A program made the position numbers and the translations under genes. From positions 1 through 44,151 of the forward strand of contig CALQZX010000007.1 in assembly GCA_943350175.1 (NCBI GenBank): a stretch of 44,151 nt of DNA, written 5' to 3'. The notes beneath the pieces were generated by a model, which saw only the letters and a list, made by a program, of their open reading frames with translations, searched no databases and was not told where the DNA came from. This document shows, piece after piece, positions 1 through 10,642 of this stretch. Source of the DNA: Parcubacteria group bacterium (GTDB lineage: Bacteria > Patescibacteriota > Microgenomatia > UBA1400 > PJMF01). Positions within the stretch are counted from its first letter, which is position 1. Every line of letters starts with the position of its first letter.

Positions 1-2
1 AG

Positions 3-3000
3 GTAGCCGCTTTCGATCAATTGCGCGACAATGCTGAAAAAGCAGTTTTAGTTATCAAAGAAACTTTAGATAAAGACAAGGTTTCTCTAAGTGAAAAAGT
101 GAAGAGTAAAGAAGCCATGCAACTCAAAATTGCTGAGCTCGAACTCAAGGCTAAGAATAAAATTGTTGCCACAAAACAACAGTTGGAAGTTCAATTAGAA
201 CAAACTGAAGAGATTTACAAAACCATTAAACAAATGGTGAAAAAAATCAAAGTCAAAACCGTTCTAACTGAAGATGAATACCTCAAGCTCGATGAATACG
301 ATGCTGCTTCTCATTTGCAGGTCGGCATGGGTGCTGAGAGTATTTTAACTTTGGCCAAAAAAGTTGATCTTGATGGTGAAGTTAAAATTTTAAGAGATGA
401 ATTAGTTGAAAGCAAAGGCGCTAAAAAAGCTAAGGTTACCAAGAGACTTCGCGTTGTCGAAGGTTTCAAGAAATCTGGTATTGATCCAGCTTGGTTATTC
501 TTAACTGTTTTGCCAGTGCTACCTCCAGACTTACGTCCAATGGTGCAATTGTCTGGTGGTCGTTTTGCTGCTTCAGATTTGAATGATCTCTATCGTCGTG
601 TTATTAATCGTAACAATCGTTTGGCTCACTTAATCAACTTAGGTGCTCCAGAAATCATTTTACGTAACGAGAAAAGAATGCTCCAGGAAGCTGTTGATGC
701 TTTAATCGATAGTTCTCAAACCAAACAAACTCGTCGTCGTAGCAACCGTCGCCCACTTCGCTCTCTTTCTGAGATGCTACGTGGTAAGACTGGTCGCTTC
801 CGTCAAAACTTGCTCGGTAAACGTGTCGACTATTCAGGTCGCAGCGTTATCGTTGTCGGTCCAGAATTGAAGCTTAACCAATGTGGTTTGCCAAAAGATA
901 TGGCTCTAGAAATGTTCAAGCCATATGTTCTCAGAGAATTAATCGTTAAAGGAATCGCTCCAAACGTTAAGAGTGCTCGTCACCTTATCGATCGTCGCGA
1001 ACCTCAAGTTTATGCCATTTTGGAACAAGTCATTGAGAACCATCCAGTTCTTTTGAACCGTGCTCCTACCTTGCATAAATTAGGTATTCAAGCTTTCTTC
1101 CCAGTCTTGATCGAGGGTAGTGCTATTTCACTTCACCCTTGTGTTTGTTCTGGTTATAATGCTGACTTCGATGGTGATCAAATGGCCGTTCATGTACCTT
1201 TGACCAAGCAAGCCCAGCAAGAAGCTATTGACCTGATGATGGCCAATCACAACTTGCTTAAACCAGCTAATGGTGAGCCTATCACTGTGCCTAACAAAGA
1301 AATGGCTCTTGGTGCTTATTACTACACCAGTTTTGATGAGAGAATCGCAATGTTCCCAACCATTTTGGGTAGCAAAAACGAAGCTTACCATTTATACCAA
1401 ATTGGTAAACTTGATCTTCGTCAAAAAGTTAAAGTTTTCATGGCTGTTAAAGGCAAGAAACAAATTGTTGAAACCAACATTGGTCGCTTGCTTTTCAATA
1501 GTGTTTTGCCAGAAAGCTTACGCTTTATTAACGAACCAGTTAATGCCAAGATGATTAAGCAAATTGTCACTAAAGCTATTGAAACTGAAGATAATGAAAT
1601 CGTGGCTACCATGATTGACGCTATCAAAGATTTAGGTTTTGAAGCTGCTACCAAATCAGGTTTATCTGTTTCGGTGAGTGACTGTGAAATGCTTGCAGAA
1701 AAAGATCAAATCGTTGCTGCCGCTAACCAAAAAGCTGAGCTGATTCGTGATAATTATCTCCAAGGTTTAATTACCGATGAAGAACGTCGCCGTCAAACAC
1801 TTGATGTTTGGATTAAAACCACTGATGATTTGGCTGAAAAAACTTGGAAGACTTATAGTGATGACAACTCAGTTAAAGTGATCATTGATTCTGGTGGTAC
1901 TCGTGCCTCCAAGGATCAGGTCAAACAGCTGGCTGCTATGCGTGGTTTGGTTGTTGATCCACTGGGTAATATCGTCGAGATGCCTACCAAGTCTAACTTT
2001 AGACAAGGTTTATCTATCTTCGAATACGTGACTTCAGCTCGTGGTTCCCGTAAAGGTTTGACTGACTCAGCCATCAAAACTGCTGATGCTGGTTATCTGA
2101 CTCGTCGTTTAGTTGACGTTTCTCATGACGCCATCATCCGTCAAGATGATTGTGGTGCCACCGATGGAGTGGAATTAGTCAGAGAACCAAGAAGCGATGC
2201 TTTCTATTACAGAATTTTGGGTCGTTACGCAAGTAAAGACATTAAGATTGGTAAGAATATCGTAATCACTGCTGGTGAATTGATTCATGACGACGCTGCT
2301 AAAGAAATTGCTGCTACTGTCGAAGTCGAATCAGTTTGGGTTCGTTCTCCTTTGACTTGTAAATGTAACAAAGGTCTCTGTATCAAATGTTATGGTTGGG
2401 ATTTTGCCACCAGAACAGACGTCGAGATCGGTGTTCCAGTTGGTGTCATTGCTGCTCAATCTATTGGTGAGCCAGGTACTCAGCTGACTATGCGTGTTAA
2501 GCACTCTGGTGGTATCGTCGGTTTGGACGTTACTCAAGGTTTGCCACGTGTCGAAGAGTTACTTGAAGCACGTAATCCAAAGTTGCAAGCTTTGATCGCT
2601 CATATTGCTGGTAAAGTCAAAATTGAAGAGAAAGATGGCGAAAATACTATCACCATCAAAAACAAAGAAGGTGAAGAAGAAGTTTTCACTCTAGGAGCTT
2701 CAGTGGCTTTATTGGTCAAAGACAAAGACTTGGTTTTTGCTGGTCAAAAATTAACTGCTGGTGGTGTAAACATTCAAGAATTACTTCAACTTAAGGGTTT
2801 GGTGTTTACTCAACAACACTTAATTGATCAAGTTCAAGAGGTTTATGAGTCTCAGGGCATTACCATCAACGACAAACACTTTGAAGTTATTACTCGTAAA
2901 ATGGGTGACAAACTTCAAATTGAGCTTTCTGGAGATACAGATCTCTTAGTTGGCGAAGTTGTTGAGCGTGCTCGCTTCGTTGGAGTTAATGATAACGTAA

Positions 3001-3230
3001 TGGCAGCCGGTGGTGATCCAGCTACCGCAAGAGTTTTATTGCTGGGTATTACCAGATCATCTCTCTTTACCAGCTCTTGGTTATCTGCTGCTTCTTTCCA
3101 ACACACTAAGCATGTTTTGACTGATGCTGCTTCTGAGGGTGCCATCGATTATCTAGAAGGTTTGAAAGAAAACGTCATTATTGGACGTTTGATTCCAACC
3201 AGTGAAGAAAGGGCTAGAGCCACAGTTTAA
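3..3230 (+). CDS. rpoC: DNA-directed RNA polymerase beta' subunit (5'-truncated by window edge)
   Basis: Catalytic NADFDGD motif, [54 protein letters not shown]; frame open from base 3. Confidence 0.99.
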   Translation, partial: VAAFDQLRDNAEKAVLVIKETLDKDKVSLSEKVKSKEAMQLKIAELELKAKNKIVATKQQLEVQLEQTEEIYKTIKQMVKKIKVKTVLTEDEYLKLDEYDAASHLQVGMGAESILTLAKKVDLDGEVKILRDELVESKGAKKAKVTKRLRVVEGFKKSGIDPAWLFLTVLPVLPPDLRPMVQLSGGRFAASDLNDLYRRVINRNNRLAHLINLGAPEIILRNEKRMLQEAVDALIDSSQTKQTRRRSNRRPLRSLSEMLRGKTGRFRQNLLGKRVDYSGRSVIVVGPELKLNQCGLPKDMALEMFKPYVLRELIVKGIAPNVKSARHLIDRREPQVYAILEQVIENHPVLLNRAPTLHKLGIQAFFPVLIEGSAISLHPCVCSGYNADFDGDQMAVHVPLTKQAQQEAIDLMMANHNLLKPANGEPITVPNKEMALGAYYYTSFDERIAMFPTILGSKNEAYHLYQIGKLDLRQKVKVFMAVKGKKQIVETNIGRLLFNSVLPESLRFINEPVNAKMIKQIVTKAIETEDNEIVATMIDAIKDLGFEAATKSGLSVSVSDCEMLAEKDQIVAAANQKAELIRDNYLQGLITDEERRRQTLDVWIKTTDDLAEKTWKTYSDDNSVKVIIDSGGTRASKDQVKQLAAMRGLVVDPLGNIVEMPTKSNFRQGLSIFEYVTSARGSRKGLTDSAIKTADAGYLTRRLVDVSHDAIIRQDDCGATDGVELVREPRSDAFYYRILGRYASKDIKIGKNIVITAGELIHDDAAKEIAATVEVESVWVRSPLTCKCNKGLCIKCYGWDFATRTDVEIGVPVGVIAAQSIGEPGTQLTMRVKHSGGIVGLDVTQGLPRVEELLEARNPKLQALIAHIAGKVKIEEKDGENTITIKNKEGEEEVFTLGASVALLVKDKDLVFAGQKLTAGGVNIQELLQLKGLVFTQQHLIDQVQEVYESQGITINDKHFEVITRKMGDKLQIELSGDTDLLVGEVVERARFVGVNDNVMAAGGDPATARVLLLGITRSSLFTSSWLSAASFQHTKHVLTDAASEGAIDYLEGLKENVIIGRLIPTSEERARATV

Positions 3231-3259
3231 GAAGTAATAATGAAAAACTAAGGTGTATG

Positions 3260-3268
3260 TGTTAAAAT
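3260..3268 (+). promoter_or_regulatory. Putative extended -10 promoter (TGtTAAAAT) for rpsL/str operon
   Basis: TGTTAAAAT about 32 nt upstream of the rpsL ATG, flanked by inverted repeat CTAAGGT (3248-3254)/ACCTTAG (3273-3279). Confidence 0.45.
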
Positions 3269-3300
3269 TGCTACCTTAGCGAAATAGAAAACAAAAAATT

Positions 3301-3711
3301 ATGCCTACAATTAATCAATTGATTAGAAAAGGTGGTCGGGTTAGTAGAATTAAGCGTATCAAAGCTACCGCTTTGCGTCGTAGTTTCAACTCTAACGAAA
3401 ATCGCCCAGTTGCCACTAATAGTCCTCAAAAAAGAGGTGTTTGTACCGTGGTTAAAACCATGACTCCAAAAAAACCAAACTCAGCTCTTCGTAAAGTTGC
3501 TAGAGTGCGTTTGTCCAACAAAATGGAAGTCACTGCTTACATCCAAGGTGAAGGTCACAATCTCGCTGAACATAGCATTGTTATGATCAGAGGTGGTCGT
3601 GTCAAAGATTTGCCAGGTGTGAAGTATCACATTATTCGTGGTAAATATGACTGTGCTGGCGTAGATAAGAGAAAAACCAGTCGTAGCAAATATGGAGTCA
3701 AGAAAAGTTAA
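3301..3711 (+). CDS. rpsL: 30S ribosomal protein S12
   Basis: [27 protein letters not shown] motifs. Confidence 0.99.
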   Translation: MPTINQLIRKGGRVSRIKRIKATALRRSFNSNENRPVATNSPQKRGVCTVVKTMTPKKPNSALRKVARVRLSNKMEVTAYIQGEGHNLAEHSIVMIRGGRVKDLPGVKYHIIRGKYDCAGVDKRKTSRSKYGVKKS

Positions 3712-3723
3712 AGGAAAAATTGT

Positions 3724-4200
3724 ATGAGAACCAAAAAGGCTCAAGTCCGTGAAATAGAAAAAGATGCTAAATATAGCTCTGTTTTAGTGCAGAATATCAT
3801 CAATCGCAGTATGAAAGATGGTAAGAAATCTGTCGCTCAAAAACAAGTTTATGATGCTTTAGCTATTGTTGAAAAAGAAACCAAGCGTAAAGCTTTGGAA
3901 GTTTTAGAAGAATCTATTGCTAGAATTCAACCTCAAATGGAAGTTCGCTCTCGTCGTGTCGGTGGCGCTTCTTATCAAGTTCCTATGGCTGTTCGCGGTC
4001 GTAGAGCTAATTCTTTGAGTGTTAGATGGTTAGTAACCGAAGCCAACAAGAGACCAAACAAACAATATCATAGCTATGCTGAAAAGTTAGCTGCTGAATT
4101 GCTTGATGCTCTAACCGAGCAAGGTGGTGCAATTGAAAAGCGAAACGGTTCACATCGTATGGCTGAAGCCAACAAGGCTTTCTCCCATTTCAAGTGGTAA
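3724..4200 (+). CDS. rpsG: 30S ribosomal protein S7
   Basis: EVRSRRVGGASYQVP, HRMAEANKAF; follows rpsL. Confidence 0.99.
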   Translation: MRTKKAQVREIEKDAKYSSVLVQNIINRSMKDGKKSVAQKQVYDALAIVEKETKRKALEVLEESIARIQPQMEVRSRRVGGASYQVPMAVRGRRANSLSVRWLVTEANKRPNKQYHSYAEKLAAELLDALTEQGGAIEKRNGSHRMAEANKAFSHFKW

Positions 4201-4256
4201 ACTTTCAAGCTTTTCTCATTTATTATTAGGTAGATAAATTATAGAATAATAGGTCT

Positions 4257-6392
4257 ATGTCAGATATTTCAAAAACAAGACAAGTTCCATTGGAACGCAT
4301 TAGAAACATTGGTATTATCGCTCATATTGATGCTGGTAAAACCACCACTACTGAGCGCATCCTTTTTTATACTGGTCGTAACTATAAAATTGGTGAAGTT
4401 CACGCTGGTGCCGCTACCATGGACTGGATGGCTCAAGAGCAAGAACGTGGCATCACCATCGTTTCTGCTGCTACCACTTGTTTTTGGGAGCCTTACTTCG
4501 AAACCGCTTTGCCAAAAGCTAGATATCGTTTCAACATTATTGATACTCCAGGGCACGTTGACTTTACCGCTGAAGTTGAGCGTTCACTGCGTGTTTTAGA
4601 CGGTGGCATCACTGTTTTAGACGCTTCTGAAGGTGTTCAATCTCAGTCTGAAACTGTCTGGCGACAAGCAGATAAATATAATGTCCCTCGTATCTGTTTT
4701 GTGAACAAAATGGATAAATTAGGTGCTGACTTCAACGCTACTGTTGAAGATATTCGTGTCAAATTTGGTGTTACTCCAGCCGTCATGGTTTTGCCAATGG
4801 GAGCTGAGAACTTTTTTGATGGCGTTATTGACCTGATTTCTCGTAAAGCTTACTTCTGGGAAGACCATGAAGCTGCTACCGAGCCAGAAATCAAAGATAT
4901 TCCAGAGGAATATAAAGAAAAAGCCGAAGTTGAAAGACTAAAATTAGTTGAGGCTATTGCTGAAACTGATGATGTTTTAATGGAAAAGTTCTTCGCTGAA
5001 GAAGAAATTGCTATTAATGACCTCAAAGCTGCTTTGCGTAAAGCTGTTATTGATTACAAATTAGTCCCAATTTTTGCTGGTTCTTCACTCAAGAACACCG
5101 GCATTCAGCCTTTGTTAGATGCTGTTGTTGAGTACTTGCCTTCCCCAACCGACATCGATCACATCGAAGGTCATATTAAGGGTAAAGAAGAAGTAGTGCA
5201 ACGTCGTTTGGTTCCAGAAGAAAAATTCTGTGGTTTGGCTTTTAAAATTCAAACTGATCCTCACGTTGGTAAATTAACTTACTTCCGCGTTTACTCAGGA
5301 TCGATCAAAGCTGGTTCTTACGTTTACAACTCTAGTAAAGATGTTAAAGAAAGAGTTGGTCGTTTGCTTCTAATGCATGCTAATGATAGAGAAGATGTTA
5401 CTGAAGCTTTTGCTGGAGAGATCATTGCTGTAGTCGGTCTTAGAGACACCAAGACTGGTGACACTCTTTCCGACGAGAGCGAGCCAATTATTTTGGAAGG
5501 TATCACTTTTGCTGATCCAGTTATCTCTTTAGCTATTGAACCAAAAACCAAATCTGATCAAGAAAAAATGGGTATGGCACTCGCCAAACTTTCTGAAGAA
5601 GATCCAACCTTCAATATTAAAGTCGATCATGAAACTGGACAAACCATCATCGGTGGTATGGGTGAATTGCACCTCGAAATCATCGTTGATCGTATGAAGA
5701 GAGAATTCAAGGTCGAAGCCGATGTAGGTAAGCCTCAAGTTGCTTATCGTGAAACCATTACTAAGCTTGCTGAGGGTGAAGGTAAATACATCAAACAGTC
5801 TGGTGGTCGTGGTCAGTATGGTCATGTTTTCCTCAAGATTGAACCAAAAGATCGTGGCACTGGTTATGAATTCGTCAACGCTATTACTGGCGGATCTGTT
5901 CCTCGTGAATACATCGAGCCAGTTAATAAAGGTGTTAAAGAGTCAGTTGATAGAGGTTTCTTAGCTGGTTACCCAATGGTAGACATCAAAGTTACTCTTT
6001 ACGACGGTTCTTATCATGATGTTGACTCTAGTGAATTATCTTTTAAGATGGCTGGTTCTCTTGGTATGAGAGAAGCTGTAGCTTTGGCTGGTATGGTTCT
6101 TATCGAACCTATCATGAAGGTTGAAGTTAGCACCCCAGAAGAATTCATGGGTGACATCATTGGTGATCTTGGTTCACGCCGCGCTCAAATTCAAGGCACC
6201 AATACTAGAGGTACCGTGGTAATCATTACAGCTTTAGCTCCTTTATCTGAAATGCAGGGATACGTTACCAACTTACGTGGTATGACTCAAGGTCGTGCTA
6301 GTAGTGTAATGTTGCCAAGTCATTATGAAGAGGTGCCAAAGAATATCACCGAAAAGATCGTTGAAGATCGTAAGGGTATTAAGAGAAGATAA
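4257..6392 (+). CDS. fusA: Elongation factor G
   Basis: [49 protein letters not shown]. Confidence 0.99.
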   Translation: MSDISKTRQVPLERIRNIGIIAHIDAGKTTTTERILFYTGRNYKIGEVHAGAATMDWMAQEQERGITIVSAATTCFWEPYFETALPKARYRFNIIDTPGHVDFTAEVERSLRVLDGGITVLDASEGVQSQSETVWRQADKYNVPRICFVNKMDKLGADFNATVEDIRVKFGVTPAVMVLPMGAENFFDGVIDLISRKAYFWEDHEAATEPEIKDIPEEYKEKAEVERLKLVEAIAETDDVLMEKFFAEEEIAINDLKAALRKAVIDYKLVPIFAGSSLKNTGIQPLLDAVVEYLPSPTDIDHIEGHIKGKEEVVQRRLVPEEKFCGLAFKIQTDPHVGKLTYFRVYSGSIKAGSYVYNSSKDVKERVGRLLLMHANDREDVTEAFAGEIIAVVGLRDTKTGDTLSDESEPIILEGITFADPVISLAIEPKTKSDQEKMGMALAKLSEEDPTFNIKVDHETGQTIIGGMGELHLEIIVDRMKREFKVEADVGKPQVAYRETITKLAEGEGKYIKQSGGRGQYGHVFLKIEPKDRGTGYEFVNAITGGSVPREYIEPVNKGVKESVDRGFLAGYPMVDIKVTLYDGSYHDVDSSELSFKMAGSLGMREAVALAGMVLIEPIMKVEVSTPEEFMGDIIGDLGSRRAQIQGTNTRGTVVIITALAPLSEMQGYVTNLRGMTQGRASSVMLPSHYEEVPKNITEKIVEDRKGIKRR

Positions 6393-6401
6393 TTTGTATC
6401 T

Positions 6402-6429
6402 TTGATTGCTCGGATCTTTAAGGTAGAAT
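6402..6429 (+). promoter_or_regulatory. Putative sigma70 promoter for tuf
   Basis: TTGATT (6402-6407), 16 nt, TAGAAT (6424-6429) in the fusA-tuf spacer. Confidence 0.5.
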
Positions 6430-6490
6430 ACAAGTTCGATAGTCTTGAGTTATTTTAAGTCTATAAATTTATAAATTAGTAAATTAAAGA

Positions 6491-6586
6491 AAGGAGTAAA
6501 GCTAATTTTCTGATGCATTGCATCGCCAGAGTAAGCGTCCTTACTCTAGAGATGCTGAGGAAGAAAATAAACTTTACGACAAAATT
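6491..6586 (+). promoter_or_regulatory. Structured 5' leader of tuf (SD-like AAGGAG followed by an 82-nt multi-stem hairpin)
   Basis: Nested complementary pairs GTAAAG/CTTTAC (6496-6501/6572-6577), ATTTTCT/AGAAAAT (6505-6511/6562-6568), GCATC/GATGC (6520-6524/6551-6555), AGAGTAAG/CTTACTCT (6528-6535/6540-6547). Confidence 0.6.
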
Positions 6587-7780
6587 ATGGCAGATAATAA
6601 ATTTGTCAGAAGCAAGCCACATGTCAACATTGGTACCATTGGTCACGTCGATCACGGTAAAACCACTTTGACTGCCGCTATCACTCAAACTTTGGCTAAG
6701 GTTGTTCCATGCGAAACCAACAAAGCTATGGTTTATGCTGATGTCGAAAATAGTAAAGAAGAAGTTGCTCGTGGTATCACCATCAACATCAAACATATTG
6801 AGTACGAGACCTCAAAACGTCACTACGCTCACATCGATGCTCCAGGTCATGCTGATTACATCAAAAATATGATCACTGGTGCCGCTCAAATGGATGGTGC
6901 CATCTTGGTGGTTGCCGCTACTGACGGTCCAATGCCTCAGACTCGCGAGCATATTCTACTTGCCAAACAAGTTAACGTTCCTCAAATCGTAGTCGCTTTG
7001 AACAAATGCGATATGGTTGATGACGCTGAATTGCTAGACTTAGTTGAATTTGAAGTTCGTGATCTCTTAACCAAATATGGTTATGATGGCGACAACACTC
7101 CAGTCATTCGTGTTAGTGCTGCCAAGGCTCTAGCCGGTGATGCTGATGCTCAAGCTAAAGTCATGGAACTCATGGATGCTGTGGATGCATATATCCCAGA
7201 GCCAGTTCGTGCTGTTGAGAAGCCTTTCAGTATGTACATTGAAGATGTCTTCTCGATCAAGGGTCGTGGCACAGTTGTCACTGGTCGTATCGAGAGTGGT
7301 ATCATCAAAGTCGGTGAAAACGTTGATATCGTCGGTATTCGCGACAAAGTTTCTTCTACCGTCACTGGTGTTGAAATGTTTAGAAAAATGCTCGACCAAG
7401 GTCAAGCAGGCGATAACGTCGGTATTTTGCTTCGTGGTATTGAAAAAGATGGCGTCGAAAGAGGTCAGCTTTTGGCCAAACCAGGTAGCGCTAAAGCTCA
7501 CAAGAAATTTGAAGCTGAAGTTTATATCTTAAAGAAAGAAGAAGGTGGTCGTCACAAACCTTTCTTCTCAGGTTACAAACCTCAATTCTACATCAGAACC
7601 ACAGACGTAACTGGTGAGATCAAGCTTCCAGATGGAGTCGAAATGGTTATGCCTGGCGATAATGCCAAGATGACTGTCGAGCTCTTAGTGCCAGTAGCTG
7701 TTACTGAAGGTTTCCGCTTCGCTATTCGTGAAGGTGGATTGACCGTCGGTGCCGGTGCTGTTACCAAAATTTTAGACTAG
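6587..7780 (+). CDS. tuf: Elongation factor Tu
   Basis: [44 protein letters not shown]; start moved to ATG 6587 ([12 protein letters not shown]) to match the family N-terminus. Confidence 0.99.
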   Translation: MADNKFVRSKPHVNIGTIGHVDHGKTTLTAAITQTLAKVVPCETNKAMVYADVENSKEEVARGITINIKHIEYETSKRHYAHIDAPGHADYIKNMITGAAQMDGAILVVAATDGPMPQTREHILLAKQVNVPQIVVALNKCDMVDDAELLDLVEFEVRDLLTKYGYDGDNTPVIRVSAAKALAGDADAQAKVMELMDAVDAYIPEPVRAVEKPFSMYIEDVFSIKGRGTVVTGRIESGIIKVGENVDIVGIRDKVSSTVTGVEMFRKMLDQGQAGDNVGILLRGIEKDGVERGQLLAKPGSAKAHKKFEAEVYILKKEEGGRHKPFFSGYKPQFYIRTTDVTGEIKLPDGVEMVMPGDNAKMTVELLVPVAVTEGFRFAIREGGLTVGAGAVTKILD

Positions 7781-7802
7781 TTCTAAAATTAAGAAAGTAA
7801 AT

Positions 7803-7832
7803 AAAAACCCCGCTTTTAAAGGCGGGGTTTTT
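7803..7832 (+). terminator. Intrinsic (bidirectional-type) terminator after tuf
   Basis: AAAAACCCCGC...GCGGGGTTTTT GC-rich stem flanked by A and T tracts. Confidence 0.9.
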
Positions 7833-7846
7833 GGTATAATTAAATA

Positions 7847-8344
7847 ATGATTTTAGAATATTTTGATCGTAGATAGGATAAAGCTTGTGAAAAAGCAATT
7901 GCTGAGGAAGAAAATCTGAGGCGAGAGAATGCAGTCAAAATTGCCAACGATATCTTAAAAATTTTTCCTGATTTATATTCGTCAACAACTTATAGAATTA
8001 TCCAAAAATATGGAGGTGGAGATGATCAAGAAGCAAGAAGAAGGTTGTCTGAGTTAGCATCCAAACTTGAGGGCGGTGATGATTTGGAGAAGATAGTTTT
8101 TATGATTTTTGATGTAATATCAAGCTCCAAAAACAAAGTCATCGTTGATTATAAATTTGGTCCTAGCGTTGCCTTTGATAAAAAAACAATGGATTCTCAT
8201 CAAACGATTAAAGATGGAGAGCCATGTAGGGTTATTTGTCCGCCAGTTTTTGCAGAATATGAAATTCCTTATTCTCCAACTATGGAAAGAAAACGCATTT
8301 TAATTAAAACAGCAACCGTTGAGCCGGTTGAGACGCCAAAATAA
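7847..8344 (+). pseudogene. Hypothetical protein gene with in-frame TAG at codon 10; weakly GrpE-like C-terminus
   Basis: TGGTATAAT (7832-7840) + 6 nt + ATG 7847; TAG at 7874-7876; the same frame then stays open through the listed 8045..8344 ORF. Confidence 0.55.
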
Positions 8345-8380
8345 ATTTGATTGATTGCTTACTATCTATTATCTGCACTC

Positions 8381-8409
8381 TTGCTCTCTGCCTTTCCTTC
8401 TGGTACAAT
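8381..8409 (+). promoter_or_regulatory. Sigma70 promoter of the S10 operon
   Basis: TTGCTC (8381-8386), 17 nt, TACAAT (8404-8409) with extended -10 TG. Confidence 0.7.
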
Positions 8410-8414
8410 ACAAT

Positions 8415-8579
8415 CCTCTCGAGAAATATGGAGAGAAATTTGTTTTTTAAGATTTTTGCTAAGCTCAAATCACTAAAAAATACAAATTTCCTCTGTACAA
8501 GCGAGGCTACATTAGTTATAATCGCGTTTTGTGATTCAAGAGGATCGCAAACAAATTAAGGTAATAAATTAAAAATAGT
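8415..8579 (+). promoter_or_regulatory. Structured ~165-nt 5' leader of rpsJ
   Basis: GAAATTTGT/ACAAATTTC (8435-8443/8482-8490) plus inner T/A stems; TTTGTGATTC-AAGA-GGATCGCAAA hairpin (8528-8551). Confidence 0.55.
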
Positions 8580-8900
8580 ATGACCAAAAATCAGAACTCA
8601 TACAAGATCAGAGTGAGACTCAAATCCTACGATCACCGCGTCATTGACGAGGCTTCCCGTAAGATCTTGCAGACCGCACTGTCTACTGGCGCCAAAGTTA
8701 TCGGCCCAGTACCTTTGCCAACTCACAAAAAGTCTTTTACTGTTTTGACTTCACCTCATACTGATAAAAATGCTCAAGAACATTACGAGATTCGTACTCA
8801 TAAGCGTTTGATCGACATCGTCGATCCAACCAATAAGACCATCGATTCTCTAATGCACTTGGAACTACCTGCTGGTGTTGATATTCAAATCAAAATGTAG
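8580..8900 (+). CDS. rpsJ: 30S ribosomal protein S10
   Basis: [37 protein letters not shown]. Confidence 0.99.
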   Translation: MTKNQNSYKIRVRLKSYDHRVIDEASRKILQTALSTGAKVIGPVPLPTHKKSFTVLTSPHTDKNAQEHYEIRTHKRLIDIVDPTNKTIDSLMHLELPAGVDIQIKM

Positions 8901-8903
8901 TTT

Positions 8904-8955
8904 GAGGCGGTAAGATAGTCGGGCTAGAAATCCGACACTATTTTGTTGACAGACA
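8904..8955 (+). promoter_or_regulatory. rpsJ-rplC intergenic hairpin preceded by GAGG
   Basis: Outer stem 8908-8918 with 8938-8948 (several GU pairs) and inner GTCGGG/TCCGAC stem; GAGG at 8904-8907; 7 nt from stem base to rplC ATG. Confidence 0.5.
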
Positions 8956-9696
8956 ATGCTAAATACAATATTTGCTACCAAAGTGGAAATGTCTCAAGCC
9001 TGGTCAGAGGACGGCAAGCGTTTACCAATCACCAAGCTAAAAGTTAGTGATAATCTTGTTTTATCTAAAAAAGAAACTCAAGATAAACAAATCACTGTCG
9101 AAATTGGTTATGGTGACAAAAAATTGAAAAATGTTCCTAAACCACTTAGATCAAAGATGGCTAAGAGCGGTTTTACCTCCGGAGTCAAACAAGTTGAAGG
9201 TGTTAAGTTTGTAGGTGAAGAAAATCCAGAGTCTCCATTGGAAGCTGGTCAAACTTTATCTATAACTGATGTCCTTTCTTTGGGCGACATTGTTGAAATT
9301 CAGGGTTCTACTAAAGGTCGTGGTTTTGCTGGTGCTATGAAACGTCATGGTTTCCATGGTGGCCCAAAGACTCACGGTCAATCAGATCGTGCTAGAGCTG
9401 TCGGTTCCATCGGTGCCGGTACTACTCCAGGTCGTGTCTACAAGGGCAAGAGAATGCCGGGAAGATACGGTCAAGAAACCAAAACTGTTTCTGGTTTAAC
9501 TATCGTTTACATCGATCAAAAGAACAATGAACTTTGGGTTAATGGCCCAATTCCAGGATCCAGAAATTCCACCATCAGAATCAGTAAAACTGGTGTTAAC
9601 AAAGAAATCAAATTAAACTTAAACTTACTTGGTTTGGCTAAAACCGAACCAGAAGTAGCTGAAGTCGTAGAAGTATCAGAAGAAAGTAAATCATAA
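8956..9696 (+). CDS. rplC: 50S ribosomal protein L3
   Basis: KGRGFAGAMKRHGF, THGQSDR, GSIGAGTTPGRVYKGKRMPG. Confidence 0.98.
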   Translation: MLNTIFATKVEMSQAWSEDGKRLPITKLKVSDNLVLSKKETQDKQITVEIGYGDKKLKNVPKPLRSKMAKSGFTSGVKQVEGVKFVGEENPESPLEAGQTLSITDVLSLGDIVEIQGSTKGRGFAGAMKRHGFHGGPKTHGQSDRARAVGSIGAGTTPGRVYKGKRMPGRYGQETKTVSGLTIVYIDQKNNELWVNGPIPGSRNSTIRISKTGVNKEIKLNLNLLGLAKTEPEVAEVVEVSEESKS

Positions 9697-10340
9697 TGCA
9701 ATTGACAGTCATCGATTCTGCCAGCAAAAATGAGAAAGTTAGAGTTAGTGACACTTTGTTTGCTAATTCTGCTTCTGAATTTCTTTTGGCTCAAGCTATT
9801 AGAGTTTATCTCAGTAACCTAAGACAAGGTACTGCTCACACCAAAACCAGATCAGAAGTCAATAGAACCAAGAAGAAATGGTACAAGCAAAAAGGTACCG
9901 GTAACGCTCGTCATGGTGCCCGTACTCCAAGTATTTTTGTTGGTGGTGGAGTCGCTTTTGGTCCAAGAGGTATTGAAAACTGGACCAAGACTTTAAATGC
10001 CAAAAACAAACTTTTGGCTCTTAAAGTTGCTTTGAGTGCTCAAAAAGCTAACTTATTCTTAAGTAAAGATATTTCCTCCTTAAAAGGTAAAACTAGTGAA
10101 GCTATTGCTCTTTTAGCTCCAGTTAGCACTGGCAGCGAAAAGGTTTTGGTAATTTTGACCAAAAGCTCAAGTTTAGCTCTTCGTTCACTTCGTAATGTAG
10201 AAAATGTTATCGTCATGACTGCAGATCGTATTAACGCTCTTCACATTGCTATGGCTGATAAAATTGTTATCGAATTCACTGCTTTAAAAGTTTTAGAAGA
10301 TAGATTGTTAAAAGTTAAAAAGACAACTATTAAGAAATAA
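9696..10340 (+). CDS. rplD: 50S ribosomal protein L4
   Basis: RQGTAHTKTRSEV, KQKGTGNARHG, GGGVAFGP. Confidence 0.98.
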   Translation: MQLTVIDSASKNEKVRVSDTLFANSASEFLLAQAIRVYLSNLRQGTAHTKTRSEVNRTKKKWYKQKGTGNARHGARTPSIFVGGGVAFGPRGIENWTKTLNAKNKLLALKVALSAQKANLFLSKDISSLKGKTSEAIALLAPVSTGSEKVLVILTKSSSLALRSLRNVENVIVMTADRINALHIAMADKIVIEFTALKVLEDRLLKVKKTTIKK

Positions 10341-10342
10341 TC

Positions 10343-10642
10343 ATGAACGCTTATTTAATTAAAAAACCAGTCGTCACAGAAAGATCTCTAAGCTTAGCCA
10401 AAGTAGAGCACGTCTATACTTTTGAAGTAGAGATGAGCGCTCACAAAGGTCAAATCAAAGAGGCCATTGCAACTATTTTTGGAGTTAAAGTTCTTTCAGT
10501 TAACACTGTCGTCAGACATAGAGTTAAGAAAAAAACTGGTAAGAAAAGAATGAACACTGTCAGTGCAAAAACCAAAAAGGCTTATGTCACTTTGGCTGCT
10601 GATAATCATATCGATCTTTTTGATGTAGGAGGAGAAAACTAA
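10343..10642 (+). CDS. rplW: 50S ribosomal protein L23
   Basis: IKKPVVTERS, YTFEV, KKAYVTL; operon position. Confidence 0.97.
   Translation: MNAYLIKKPVVTERSLSLAKVEHVYTFEVEMSAHKGQIKEAIATIFGVKVLSVNTVVRHRVKKKTGKKRMNTVSAKTKKAYVTLAADNHIDLFDVGGEN

Noticed and set aside
6518-6586. 23-aa N-terminal extension of EF-Tu from the ORF track
   Set aside because: Lies within the leader hairpin and starts at TTG; ATG 6587 matches the family N-terminus
8347-8559. 70-aa ORF upstream of rpsJ
   Set aside because: TTG start, overlaps the S10 promoter and structured leader, no recognisable protein features
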